Source: an uncultured Clostridia bacterium | Lineage (GTDB): Bacteria > Bacillota > Clostridia > Christensenellales > UBA1242 | NCBI GenBank assembly: GCA_944376905.1 | Contig: CALWEA010000001.1 | Coordinates: 144,487-208,486, forward strand | Length of the DNA stretch: 64,000 nt | Direction: 5' to 3' | Shown here: in pieces, positions 20,141 through 29,302 of the stretch | How positions within the stretch are numbered: position 1 is the stretch's first letter | How the letters are laid out: each line of letters opens with the position of its first letter | Notes under the pieces: model-generated | Database searches by the model: none | What the model saw: the letters and a program-made list of their open reading frames with translations, nothing else | Told to the model about the DNA's origin: nothing | Program-made: the position numbers and the translations under genes

Positions 20141-23100
20141 ATGTTGGAAAATAAAGGAAAAAAATTAAAAAAAATTGATTTAAGTAAAGTTTTTGCTTCA
20201 TCTACTTACAAGGATATTGAAGATTATATGAATACTAATAAAGACGCAATAGCGATGTTTGATTATGGTGCTCCTGAATTTTATTCATCAGAGCAAATTG
20301 TCAATCGTTTTCAAACATTGGCAGACCCTCAATACCAAACTCATTCTAGTCTTCGAAATAATTGGTCTGCAAATGATGGTAGAAGTCATTTTCAAAAAAT
20401 TGATAATGCCAATAACTATATCAATGATATGGTTAATTCGTTCGTATTAAAAGACAATCTTTTTAATTTAGATAGCGTAACTTTTCCTCTTCGTGGCTCT
20501 CTCTTCGATATTAATAATAATTATTTTCAATCAGGTGATATAGGTGAGGATAAATATAACTTTATAAAAAATCAGTTTAAAAACTCTTTTAATATTTCTT
20601 TAATTGATGGTGCTGTTTCTAAAAATATTATTCAAACAAAACTTGGATTGATTGAAAAAATTAATCAAATTGTTACTTCCAAAATTAAATCAGTTGGTAA
20701 AATTTATAAAAAATTAATAAAGCCAGTTGTTCCTGACATGATTAATTGTAATTTAAAGTCAAAACCTTCAAAATATTTTCGCCCTAAAACATTAGTTTTA
20801 AGTAATGGAAATGCCAATACTAAATTTACATCAGCAGATAAAATTGTTGCACTTGTTGATTATTTTACTGGAAAATCTATTCAATTGTACGAAGATGAAG
20901 GTGCTGAAAAATTTGGAGAAACACCAAATCCAACCAAGGCAAAAGAAGCCTCACAACTTTTGGCAAATATTTTTGTTTGTCAAGCGTTGGATATGGGCGG
21001 AAATGGAGAAGCAAATAGAAAAGTAGACAATGCTTTAAAACTACAATTTTCTAACGAGATAGCATGTTTAAGTGATTTTTCTAAAAATGATTTTGATATT
21101 ATTGCAGTTGCTGCACACAATGCAACAACTAATGTTTTGCGACATCTTGGTTTAAGTTTTGATAAAATAATTGAAAATCGTCAAAAATATTTAGGGCAGT
21201 CTTATATGGATAATATTGATTTAACTGATTCTCGTAATGTATTATTTGGCAGAACTAAAGATAATAAATTTCAATTGGAAAAAGAGCCAGTTGTTAATAT
21301 GGAATCTGGGGCAGTAGAAGAAAAAAATAAAATTTATTATGTTGGTGAAAGTTCATTTTTTGATAAATACATAATTCGTGACAATGAACAAATATTAGAA
21401 GATTCAGTTCCAAGAGAAATAAATAATAAAAATATTGTTAGTGATTTATCAAACGAGTCTAATCATCAAAACATACAAAAAGAAGAATCTAATAGTGATA
21501 TTATCACAACAAAAGACACTCCTTTAAAAGATATTGCTTCTTTTGACTTAATTGATACCAATGAACAAAATAATCTTGAAACAAATGCAAAAGAAAATAT
21601 ACAAGAAAGAGATGAAAGTGAAAATATTAAAACTACAATTAGTGAAGAGCCAATTGAAACAGATAAATTTGATTTGAATGAAAAAGTTGAAAAATTCAAT
21701 AATTATGAGTCATTTGATAATCAAACATTTCCTACTGCTGATGATAATGGTTCTATACAAAATGCTGATTATAAGATTTTATATAGTGATGTTCCAAGTA
21801 ATGTGCCAGAACAGAATATTGAAAGTGAAAAAGATGTGGGTGATATTGTTATAAAAGAGTCTCAAAATGCAGATTATGAGATTGTACATGGTGATGTTCC
21901 AAGTAATGTGCCAGAACAGAATATTGAAAGTGAAAGAGATGTAAGTGATATTGTTGTGACAGAGTCTCAAACAAAAGCGTCTGAGGAAGATTTAAAAAAA
22001 TTAAATGATTTAGAGTTGAGAGATGATTGGGGCTTTTATAATCCAGATACAAATAATGACAATGACAATTTACAAGATATTAAAAAGTATAACATTGAAA
22101 CAGAAGTTGAAAAGGACAAAGTCAACAAAGAAGAAATTAGTAAGGGAGAGGATAAAATGAATGAATTTATTGAAATATTAAAAAATCAAATGGCAAATCA
22201 GGAAGTTTACAATGCAACTCAAATAGGCCTTTTATCTCAAATTTTAACTGAATTGGAAGAATTAAAGGAAAATAATAAAAATTTGGAAATAATTCCAATT
22301 GAAAATAAAGTTAAAGAAGATGTACACGAAAACTTGGATAATGAAGATAAAGCAGAAAATATGTCAAATGAAATTAAAAATTCTTCAAATAAACCTTTAA
22401 AAATAGTTAATGGTCAACTTTATGTTGCTTCTCCAAACTTAACTTCTGATAATATCAAAGATGAAGATTATCAAAAAGTTGTTGTTTCACAAAAAGCGTT
22501 AAATTCTAGACGCAAACAAAATATAAAAAATTTTAAAGACAATTATAAAGATTATCTTGATAATGAAAATAAAAAACAAACTAGGTTAGATGATTTTATT
22601 AAAAAAGAATTAACCGCTGAAGAGAAAATTAAAATTTTAAATGACCTATTGGAACAATTTGGCTATAATATTAAAATAACAGATAAAGAACAAATCAGAT
22701 TGGTTGATTATGATGATATGTATAAAAAAGTTGAAGAAGCGGAAAATGGTAAATTAAATTTTGTAAAAAATGCAGTTAATAATTTAAAAGATAACAATTT
22801 AAATGATATACCTTATTCAAAAGAAAATGCAGAAAGACTTTCTAAAATAGCGGAAAAAAATCCTTTTGATGTAGAAAGAATACTAAATGCAAAAAATCAA
22901 GAATTTTCTTATAATGATGTTAAAGAAATGGTAAAAGAAAATAATCAAAAATCTAAAGAGTTAATATCTTCTTTAACAGGCAACAATAATTCTGTTGTAA
23001 CTAATATTTATAAAAAATTAACAACAACACCTGAATTTGATGCTAAGAAAATTTTGGAAAATATAATTGCAGAAAAGAAAGCAAAAGAAAAAGAAGAATT

Positions 23101-24442
23101 TTATCAAAGATATAAAAATGCATCTAATAAGCTTCGTCAGCAAAAAATTTCAAAATCAGTTAATTTTGCAAATAGTGAAGAATTAAAAAATTTAACTCAT
23201 GAAGAAGTTGCAACTAATTTAGACAACCAAAACGCATCTGTAACATCATCTTCTCAAAATATTCAACAATCTAATGAAAGTATTGACACTAATAACGACT
23301 GCGTGGAAAGTGGAAATGTTGTTGACTTAAATGATGAATTAAAAAATGAGATTAACCAAAAATTAAAATTGGCGATTTCTTCTAGTTTGGCGTTAAAAGA
23401 AAGACTTGGAGAAAATTGTATTAAAAAAACTGGAACTAAAATTGAAGTTGATACTTTAAAAGCAAAAATTATTACAAATAATCCTAATTATACAGAGAAA
23501 TCAGTTAGAGCAGAAATTGATAAAAAAGTTAAAATTGTCATTGATGAGTTTAAAAATACAAATTTAAAAGTTAAAAATAATCAATTTAATAAAATATTAA
23601 CAAAAAAATCTAAAGATGGAGTTGAAAATAGTCAATCAAACTTTTCAAATAAACCAAACGGAATAGAAAGAGGTGTTGCCGATTGGTTGGGTGATATTTA
23701 TTGCTCTCCTGCTTTTAAGATTGATAATTATTTAAATGTTCCAGATGCAAAATTAGCAAAAGAAATTTCTTTAAAATTTGATGATGTTGTTGAAGATGTT
23801 TATAATACTGTTCTAGAAAATAATAGAGTTTTGCCTAAAATTGTTGATGGTAAACGAGTTAGTATGATTATGTATATTAATAAAACAATACAAAATTTAA
23901 ATGAAGAAGAGGATATAAAAAATAAAGATTTAAAATCATACTTAAAATATAAATTAAATGCAATAGTTGATTTGGTTAAAAACAGTAAAACAAGCAATGA
24001 TGAAACTGACAGCAATTCTAATTCTCAATCAAACAAAAAAATATCAAGTAAAAAGAAGTTGCAAGATTTACAATTGTCAAATAGCGTTCAAATGGAAAAT
24101 GCTTTATGTGAAGAAAATGTTGAATCTGAAACATCAAAAAAAGAAGATGAAAAACCTACGGAAATAATAACTGAAAGTAAAGAAATTGAATGTAAAACAG
24201 AGGAGAAAAAAGAAAAAAATATTTTATATGAAAATGAAGTTGATGTTTCTTCTGAAAAGGCTAAAAGATTAGATAACGCAGTTGTCAAAACAGAAAATGA
24301 AAAATCAAAAAAGAAAACTCTTAAAAAGGTTAGTTCAAAGAAAAAACTTGATAAATCTTTAATAAAAGTTAAAACAAAAGAATCTTCTAATAAATCTAAA
24401 TCCAATTCTAATTCTAAAAAAGATGATACATTAACTAAATAA
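20141..24442 (+). CDS. Giant (1433 aa) acidic/Lys-rich low-complexity ORFan; no signal peptide or TM detected
   Basis: Uninterrupted ORF with RBS AAAGGAG. The first ~400 aa look globular; the rest is E/K/N-rich and coiled-coil-like. I recognise no motif. Confidence 0.75.
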   Translation: MLENKGKKLKKIDLSKVFASSTYKDIEDYMNTNKDAIAMFDYGAPEFYSSEQIVNRFQTLADPQYQTHSSLRNNWSANDGRSHFQKIDNANNYINDMVNSFVLKDNLFNLDSVTFPLRGSLFDINNNYFQSGDIGEDKYNFIKNQFKNSFNISLIDGAVSKNIIQTKLGLIEKINQIVTSKIKSVGKIYKKLIKPVVPDMINCNLKSKPSKYFRPKTLVLSNGNANTKFTSADKIVALVDYFTGKSIQLYEDEGAEKFGETPNPTKAKEASQLLANIFVCQALDMGGNGEANRKVDNALKLQFSNEIACLSDFSKNDFDIIAVAAHNATTNVLRHLGLSFDKIIENRQKYLGQSYMDNIDLTDSRNVLFGRTKDNKFQLEKEPVVNMESGAVEEKNKIYYVGESSFFDKYIIRDNEQILEDSVPREINNKNIVSDLSNESNHQNIQKEESNSDIITTKDTPLKDIASFDLIDTNEQNNLETNAKENIQERDESENIKTTISEEPIETDKFDLNEKVEKFNNYESFDNQTFPTADDNGSIQNADYKILYSDVPSNVPEQNIESEKDVGDIVIKESQNADYEIVHGDVPSNVPEQNIESERDVSDIVVTESQTKASEEDLKKLNDLELRDDWGFYNPDTNNDNDNLQDIKKYNIETEVEKDKVNKEEISKGEDKMNEFIEILKNQMANQEVYNATQIGLLSQILTELEELKENNKNLEIIPIENKVKEDVHENLDNEDKAENMSNEIKNSSNKPLKIVNGQLYVASPNLTSDNIKDEDYQKVVVSQKALNSRRKQNIKNFKDNYKDYLDNENKKQTRLDDFIKKELTAEEKIKILNDLLEQFGYNIKITDKEQIRLVDYDDMYKKVEEAENGKLNFVKNAVNNLKDNNLNDIPYSKENAERLSKIAEKNPFDVERILNAKNQEFSYNDVKEMVKENNQKSKELISSLTGNNNSVVTNIYKKLTTTPEFDAKKILENIIAEKKAKEKEEFYQRYKNASNKLRQQKISKSVNFANSEELKNLTHEEVATNLDNQNASVTSSSQNIQQSNESIDTNNDCVESGNVVDLNDELKNEINQKLKLAISSSLALKERLGENCIKKTGTKIEVDTLKAKIITNNPNYTEKSVRAEIDKKVKIVIDEFKNTNLKVKNNQFNKILTKKSKDGVENSQSNFSNKPNGIERGVADWLGDIYCSPAFKIDNYLNVPDAKLAKEISLKFDDVVEDVYNTVLENNRVLPKIVDGKRVSMIMYINKTIQNLNEEEDIKNKDLKSYLKYKLNAIVDLVKNSKTSNDETDSNSNSQSNKKISSKKKLQDLQLSNSVQMENALCEENVESETSKKEDEKPTEIITESKEIECKTEEKKEKNILYENEVDVSSEKAKRLDNAVVKTENEKSKKKTLKKVSSKKKLDKSLIKVKTKESSNKSKSNSNSKKDDTLTK
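21761..21970 (+). repeat. In-frame tandem duplication (2 x 105 nt = 2 x 35 aa) inside the giant ORF
   Basis: NADYKILYSDVPSNVPEQNIESEKDVGDIVIKESQ / NADYEIVHGDVPSNVPEQNIESERDVSDIVVTESQ. Confidence 0.9.
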
Positions 24443-24454
24443 TTATTATTAATT

Positions 24455-24486
24455 AAAATGTGAAAATTTATTTCACATTTTTTTAT
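24455..24486 (+). terminator. Intrinsic terminator after the giant ORF
   Basis: AAAATGTGAAA-attta-TTTCACATTTT followed by TTTT. Confidence 0.75.
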
Positions 24487-24603
24487 TTAAAGTTTTTAGA
24501 TAAATTTGTTAATTTATTGGTTACATTTTTTGTTATTTATTTTACAAATTCCGACAAATTAAAACGTAATTTGATAAAATTTTAATAATTTTCGTATAAA
24601 TTC

Positions 24604-24632
24604 TTGACAATGTTAATAATATATAGTAGAAT
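24604..24632 (+). promoter_or_regulatory. Sigma-A promoter of the sdpR/sdpI-like operon
   Basis: TTGACA 24604-24609, 17-nt spacer, TAGAAT 24627-24632. Confidence 0.65.
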
Positions 24633-24633
24633 C

Positions 24634-24655
24634 TATTTAGATAAAAATCTAAATA
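24634..24655. promoter_or_regulatory. Palindromic operator candidate TATTTAGAT-AAAA-ATCTAAATA, immediately downstream of the -10
   Basis: Perfect 9-4-9 inverted repeat between the -10 box and the RBS of the ArsR/SdpR-like gene. Confidence 0.6.
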
Positions 24656-24674
24656 TATTAGGAGTTGTTTGTTT

Positions 24675-24941
24675 ATGAAAACGGTTTGGGAAGGAATGAG
24701 TGATGTAACAAGAAGAAAAATTTTAACACTTCTTAGAAATGGTAGTATGACGGCAGGAGAAATATGTAGTTATTTTGATTCTCGTCCGGCAACTATAAGT
24801 CATCATTTAAGTATATTAAAAGAATCTAATTTGGTAACGGCTGAAAAGAAAGCGCAAGTCATAACATACAGTTTAAATGTTGATGTTTTGCAATCAATGA
24901 TAAAAAAATTAACAGCATTTATTAATAATAGAAATGTTTAA
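24675..24941 (+). CDS. ArsR/SmtB-family (SdpR-like) winged-helix transcriptional repressor
   Basis: DVTRRKILTLLRNGSMTAGEICSYFDSRPATISHHLSILKESNLVTAEKKAQVITYSLN. ATG 24675 follows AGGAG. Confidence 0.85.
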   Translation: MKTVWEGMSDVTRRKILTLLRNGSMTAGEICSYFDSRPATISHHLSILKESNLVTAEKKAQVITYSLNVDVLQSMIKKLTAFINNRNV

Positions 24942-25022
24942 TTTTTATTTTAAAAAACATTTATATTATCACTTTAAAATTTAATAAAATTACATAAAAA
25001 CAAATAATTTTGGAGGTTATAA

Positions 25023-25736
25023 GTGAAAAATGATATTTGCATGCTGGGTTTATCTTTAATTAATTTTATAGGTTCTTTAATTGTTATATTTTTAATGCCT
25101 AATATTGTTCCTATTCATATCAATATTGATTTAGTAATAGATGCTATGGGGTCAAAATGGATTAATTTGGTTTGGGCTATTATTCCTCTTTTGTTTGTCG
25201 GTTCAATGCTTTTATTTAAGCATAAAGTCGGAAATAATTTGCAAAATATTAAATCTTTTAATGCAACTATGATAGTTTTGTGTGTTTTTTTTATCTATTT
25301 AAATTGGGTTTGGCTATTTTTTACAAATTCAAATTTGCAGTTAGGTGAGAAAATAAATGTTCCTATTTCTTTGATTGTTGGTATGCCTATTGGAATTTTG
25401 TTAATTTTTATGGGTTATTTACTTCCTTATATTAAGCAAAATAAATTTTTTGGGATAAAATTGCCTTCAACATTAAAAAATGAAAAAGTTTGGAATGAGA
25501 CTCATAAATTTAGTGGAATTGTATGGATTTATACTGGTTTTATTATTATAATTTCCGCTTTAATTTGTCATGTTTTAAATGAAAATTTAATTTTTATAAT
25601 AATAATGTGTTCTTGTTTGTTGATTTTAGTTATTTTAATTCCTACAATTTATTCAATTAAAATTCAAAGTAAAATATCTAAGGATAAAATTGTTTGTGGA
25701 ACTTGTGATGAAGATGTTTCAAATGAAAAAAAATAG
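25023..25736 (+). CDS. SdpI/YhfL-family membrane protein (DUF1648 + SdpI-like)
   Basis: Multi-pass membrane protein with NKFFGIKLPSTLKNEKVWNETHKFSG, matching the SdpI motif N..GiR.p.tl...e.W...h...g. Paired with an SdpR-like repressor. GTG start after GGAGG. Confidence 0.7.
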   Translation: MKNDICMLGLSLINFIGSLIVIFLMPNIVPIHINIDLVIDAMGSKWINLVWAIIPLLFVGSMLLFKHKVGNNLQNIKSFNATMIVLCVFFIYLNWVWLFFTNSNLQLGEKINVPISLIVGMPIGILLIFMGYLLPYIKQNKFFGIKLPSTLKNEKVWNETHKFSGIVWIYTGFIIIISALICHVLNENLIFIIIMCSCLLILVILIPTIYSIKIQSKISKDKIVCGTCDEDVSNEKK

Positions 25737-25952
25737 AACGAAAATTAATAAGAATGTAATATAAGGTTTAAATTGTTTGTTTTTTATTTTTTTGTGTTTG
25801 ATTCAGGCAAAGGAATAAAAAACAATATTTTATTTATATTAAATAAAATTACTAAAATTTTTAAATTATATTTACAATTTGTAGTTTTTTTAGTTAAAAT
25901 ATTTTTATTATTAAAAATGTATAAAATTTAAATAAACTTGTTGGTTAAATAA

Positions 25953-26639
25953 ATGAATGGTATCTTATTTTTAATTATATTTTCTTTAATAATGTTTACA
26001 ATATTTTTCTTTGCTAGACATTTTTGGGGAAAGGACGCATTGTTTGTTGTTGGAATTGGTTGTGCAATTGGTTCCAATTTATATAATATTAATAATTATC
26101 CAATTATTATTGGTGATTTTGTTTTTGGTATGGATGCGGTTATTTATACCATTTGTATTTTTACAATGTTAATTATGTATATTGATTTTGGTGAATCTAG
26201 TTTAAAAAATATTTTATTTAGCACTTTGGGTTCATTATTTTTAACCGCATTATTATCCTTTGCGGGCAATTTTATGCTTTCTGGAATAACAAAAGATTTA
26301 ATTTGGAATTTCGTTTCTTACTTATTTAGTATTTTGGGGACATTGGTTGCTGTTTATATAATGATAATAATTTATAAAAAGTTAAATTCTTTAAAATTTA
26401 ATAATTATTTTAACATTGCAGTTGGATTATTTCTTGCGAGCATAGTTAATTCAATAATTTATTTTGGTTTAACATTTATTGTTTTAGGCAATTTGGGACA
26501 GGAATTTTTGATGGCTTTAATTAGTTCTTATATTTTAAAATTTACAGCAATAGTAATATGTATGTTGGCTTATTTGTTGGAGAGTGTGTGGGTGAATAGT
26601 AAAAAAAATAATAAAAAAAATGAAAATAAAAATGTATGA
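25953..26639 (+). CDS. Multi-pass membrane protein, possibly VUT/YhhQ (queuosine-precursor transporter)-like
   Basis: 228 aa, about six TM helices. Only weak resemblance to YhhQ (C-terminal SY..K...Y.L pattern), so the function call is tentative. Confidence 0.6.
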   Translation: MNGILFLIIFSLIMFTIFFFARHFWGKDALFVVGIGCAIGSNLYNINNYPIIIGDFVFGMDAVIYTICIFTMLIMYIDFGESSLKNILFSTLGSLFLTALLSFAGNFMLSGITKDLIWNFVSYLFSILGTLVAVYIMIIIYKKLNSLKFNNYFNIAVGLFLASIVNSIIYFGLTFIVLGNLGQEFLMALISSYILKFTAIVICMLAYLLESVWVNSKKNNKKNENKNV

Positions 26640-26668
26640 ATAACAATAAGGTATCATACATTTTTTTT
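26631..26668 (+). terminator. Intrinsic terminator
   Basis: AATGTATGA ... TCATACATT stem overlapping the stop codon, followed by TTTTTTT. Confidence 0.6.
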
Positions 26669-26781
26669 AATATAAAATTTCACAAAATTACTAAAATTTA
26701 TTGGTTATTAGATATTTATCTAAATAATATTGAAATTAAACAATATTAATTAATTTTTAATTAAATATTTAATATTACTTT

Positions 26782-27942
26782 TTAAATTTTTTCATAACCA
26801 AACCGATTGGTATAATTAAATTTAAAATTGCTTGGAATTTCTAGTTGCTTTTTGTTTAGATTGTAAAAATATTGGAATGTTGAAAATGATCTTATTGTAG
26901 TGTTTTGATAATATAAAACTATTTCTTCATCAATATCTAAATTTAACTGTATTTTTCCTGCTAAAGAAATTAGACCTTTTAATTTAGTTTTTCCACCAAT
27001 TTTAACTTCATCATAAATTTGTATTGATGATTTAGTGTTTCCGTTAATTTCTGCATTATCGCTAATTACTACATTATTAGTAATTTTAACATTACCTGTT
27101 ACTTTGGCATTATCTTTTATAATAGCATTGTCTTCAACTTGAATAGAGCCTTCTAATATTGCACATCCCTTTATTTGTGTATTATTTTTTATAAGTGAAT
27201 TTCCATTGATAAATGCATAATTGTAAATTTTTGCTGAATTTGTTATTTTTGAAAACCCTAAGACAAATGCTTTGTTAAATATTTGGGCATCATTTGTTAC
27301 ATATGCGTCTTGAAAAACCATTGCATCATCAAAAACACAAGCATTGTCGGAAACAACAGCATCATCTAGAATTTTTGCATTACCCCAAACTTTTGCATTT
27401 TTTCTAACAATACAAAAACCATTTTGACTTAAATTGTTTTCAGATTCCAGCCAACCACCCAATGTTCCTTTCTTAGTCTTTTCATTTATATCTTTGCAAT
27501 ATTGTATTCTGTGTAAAGTAACTGTTTTTTGTTCGTTGGTTGTGGGGTCTATATAAACATGCTGTAAGGTATTTTCTTCGCCCTCAAGCAATATATATTT
27601 TTTATCATCATCTTCTTCAATTTCAGTATCTGGTTCAATAACATCATGATTATTTTTATTAAGATGTGTCTGTAATTCATCGTTTTTACTATTGTCATCA
27701 ACTATTTCATAAGTTTTGTCTATTTTAGAATAATTTTCAATATTTTGATTAGTTAAATTATCTGATGGGGCAGTGTTGTTTTCCAAATTATTATTATCAT
27801 CAGATATCAAAGACAATTTTTCTGTTGTTAAATCTTTGTCTGTATTTTGTTGTTCACTTTTTAAAACTTGTTGAGTTGAATTCGTAGCATTTATTTTTTT
27901 TAATTTTGAAAATTTACTTTTTATAATTTTTAACAAATCCAT
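26782..27942 (-). CDS. YdcK-like left-handed beta-helix (hexapeptide-repeat) protein, paralogue 1
   Basis: Core TVTLHRIQYCKDINEKTKKGTLGGWLESENNLSQNGFCIV, then repeats of the form (D/G)NAxVxx. Resembles the E. coli YdcK N-terminal pattern (L.R..A..D....KG..GGW.....LSQ.G.CW). Has an extra N/D/E-rich insert of about 85 aa. Confidence 0.7.
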   Translation of the reverse strand: MDLLKIIKSKFSKLKKINATNSTQQVLKSEQQNTDKDLTTEKLSLISDDNNNLENNTAPSDNLTNQNIENYSKIDKTYEIVDDNSKNDELQTHLNKNNHDVIEPDTEIEEDDDKKYILLEGEENTLQHVYIDPTTNEQKTVTLHRIQYCKDINEKTKKGTLGGWLESENNLSQNGFCIVRKNAKVWGNAKILDDAVVSDNACVFDDAMVFQDAYVTNDAQIFNKAFVLGFSKITNSAKIYNYAFINGNSLIKNNTQIKGCAILEGSIQVEDNAIIKDNAKVTGNVKITNNVVISDNAEINGNTKSSIQIYDEVKIGGKTKLKGLISLAGKIQLNLDIDEEIVLYYQNTTIRSFSTFQYFYNLNKKQLEIPSNFKFNYTNRFGYEKI

Positions 27943-28150
27943 AATAATTCACCGTTTAATGTTTTTTTAATAGTATTTTTTATAATTTAAAATATTTATA
28001 TAAATTAATTTTCTTTAAAATTTAAACTGCTTTATTTATTGTTAACTATTTTATCTGTCAAGTTTTTTATATGAGAATAAATAATAACTTACTTTTTTTA
28101 CAAAATTTTAATAAGTTAATAAAATTTGTTCAAATTTTTTTAGTTTTACA

Positions 28151-29119
28151 TTATTTAACATTGTTATATTCTTTTTTGGCAATTTTTAAAGTTTTTTTCA
28201 AAAGATTATCATAATTCTCAACTTTTTTCTCATTCAAAACTGCTGAATTGTTATAAACTTCTGTATCATCAAAAACTGCTGAATTCTCATAAACTTCTGC
28301 ATTACCACAAACTTTTGAATAATCAAAAACTCCGGCATTACCATAAACTTTTGCATTACCATTAATTTCAGCATTATCATAAATTCCTGCACTGTCAAAA
28401 ATTTTTGCATTACCGCAAATTTTTACATAATCAAAAATTTCGGCATTACCATAAACTTTTGCATTACCAAAAACTTTTGCATTACCGAAAACACTTGCAT
28501 TACCACAAACTTCTGCATTACCGCAAATTTTTACATAATCAAAAACTTCTGCATTATCATAAACTTTTGCATTACCATTAATTTCAGCATTATCATAAAT
28601 TCCTGCACTGCCACAAACTTCTGCATTACCGCAAATTTTTACATAACCAAAAACTTTTGCATTACCATAAACTTTTGCATAATCAAGAACTCCAGCATTA
28701 CCGCAAATTTTTACATAATCAAAAACTTCTGCATTACCATAAACTTTTGCATAATCAAGAACTCCGGCATTACCGAAAACTTTTGCATTACCAAAAACTT
28801 TTGCGTCATTTTCAACAGTGCAAAAGTTTTTTTGACTTAGATTATTTTCAGATTCTAGCCAACCACCTAATGTTCCCTTTTTTATATTTTCATTTATATC
28901 TTTGCAATATTGTATTCTGTGTAAAGTAACTGTTCTTTGTTCGTTGGTTGTGGGGTCTATATAAACATGCTGTAAGGTATTTTCTTTACCTTCAAGCAAT
29001 ATATATTTTTTTTCATTTTTTTCATTTTTTTCAATTTTTGAAACTTGTTGAGTTGAATTCGTAGCATTTATTTTTTTTAATTTTGAAAATTTACTTTTTA
29101 TAATTTTTAACAAATCCAT
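28151..29119 (-). CDS. YdcK-like beta-helix protein, paralogue 2 (very regular GNAxVx hexapeptide array)
   Basis: Same first 26 aa and same core as paralogue 1, followed by about 35 consecutive 6-aa (18-nt) repeats such as GNAKVFGNAGVLDYAKVYGNAEVFDYVKICGNAEVCG. Confidence 0.7.
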   Translation of the reverse strand: MDLLKIIKSKFSKLKKINATNSTQQVSKIEKNEKNEKKYILLEGKENTLQHVYIDPTTNEQRTVTLHRIQYCKDINENIKKGTLGGWLESENNLSQKNFCTVENDAKVFGNAKVFGNAGVLDYAKVYGNAEVFDYVKICGNAGVLDYAKVYGNAKVFGYVKICGNAEVCGSAGIYDNAEINGNAKVYDNAEVFDYVKICGNAEVCGNASVFGNAKVFGNAKVYGNAEIFDYVKICGNAKIFDSAGIYDNAEINGNAKVYGNAGVFDYSKVCGNAEVYENSAVFDDTEVYNNSAVLNEKKVENYDNLLKKTLKIAKKEYNNVK

Positions 29120-29302
29120 AATAATTCACCGTTTAATGTTTTTTTAATAGTATTTTTTTATAATTTAAAATATTTATATAAATTAATTTTTTTTAAAATT
29201 TTAACTGCTTTTTTTATTGTATATTAACTATTTTAATTGTCAAGTTTTTTTGCTTGTTATGAGATGAAAGAACAATTTTCAACTTTTTAAAAAAGTATTT
29301 TT

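Noticed and set aside
25737-25952. Possible preQ1 or other riboswitch upstream of the YhhQ-like membrane gene
   Set aside because: I saw no stem-loop with a conserved preQ1-like loop or A-rich tail, only AT-rich spacer. The YhhQ assignment itself is weak.
24443-26781. Search for an SdpC-like secreted toxin or sdpAB partner next to the sdpR/sdpI-like pair
   Set aside because: There is no additional ORF with a signal peptide in the flanks. The neighbouring genes are the giant ORFan and an unrelated membrane protein. Stand-alone SdpRI-like pairs are common, so no toxin system is claimed.
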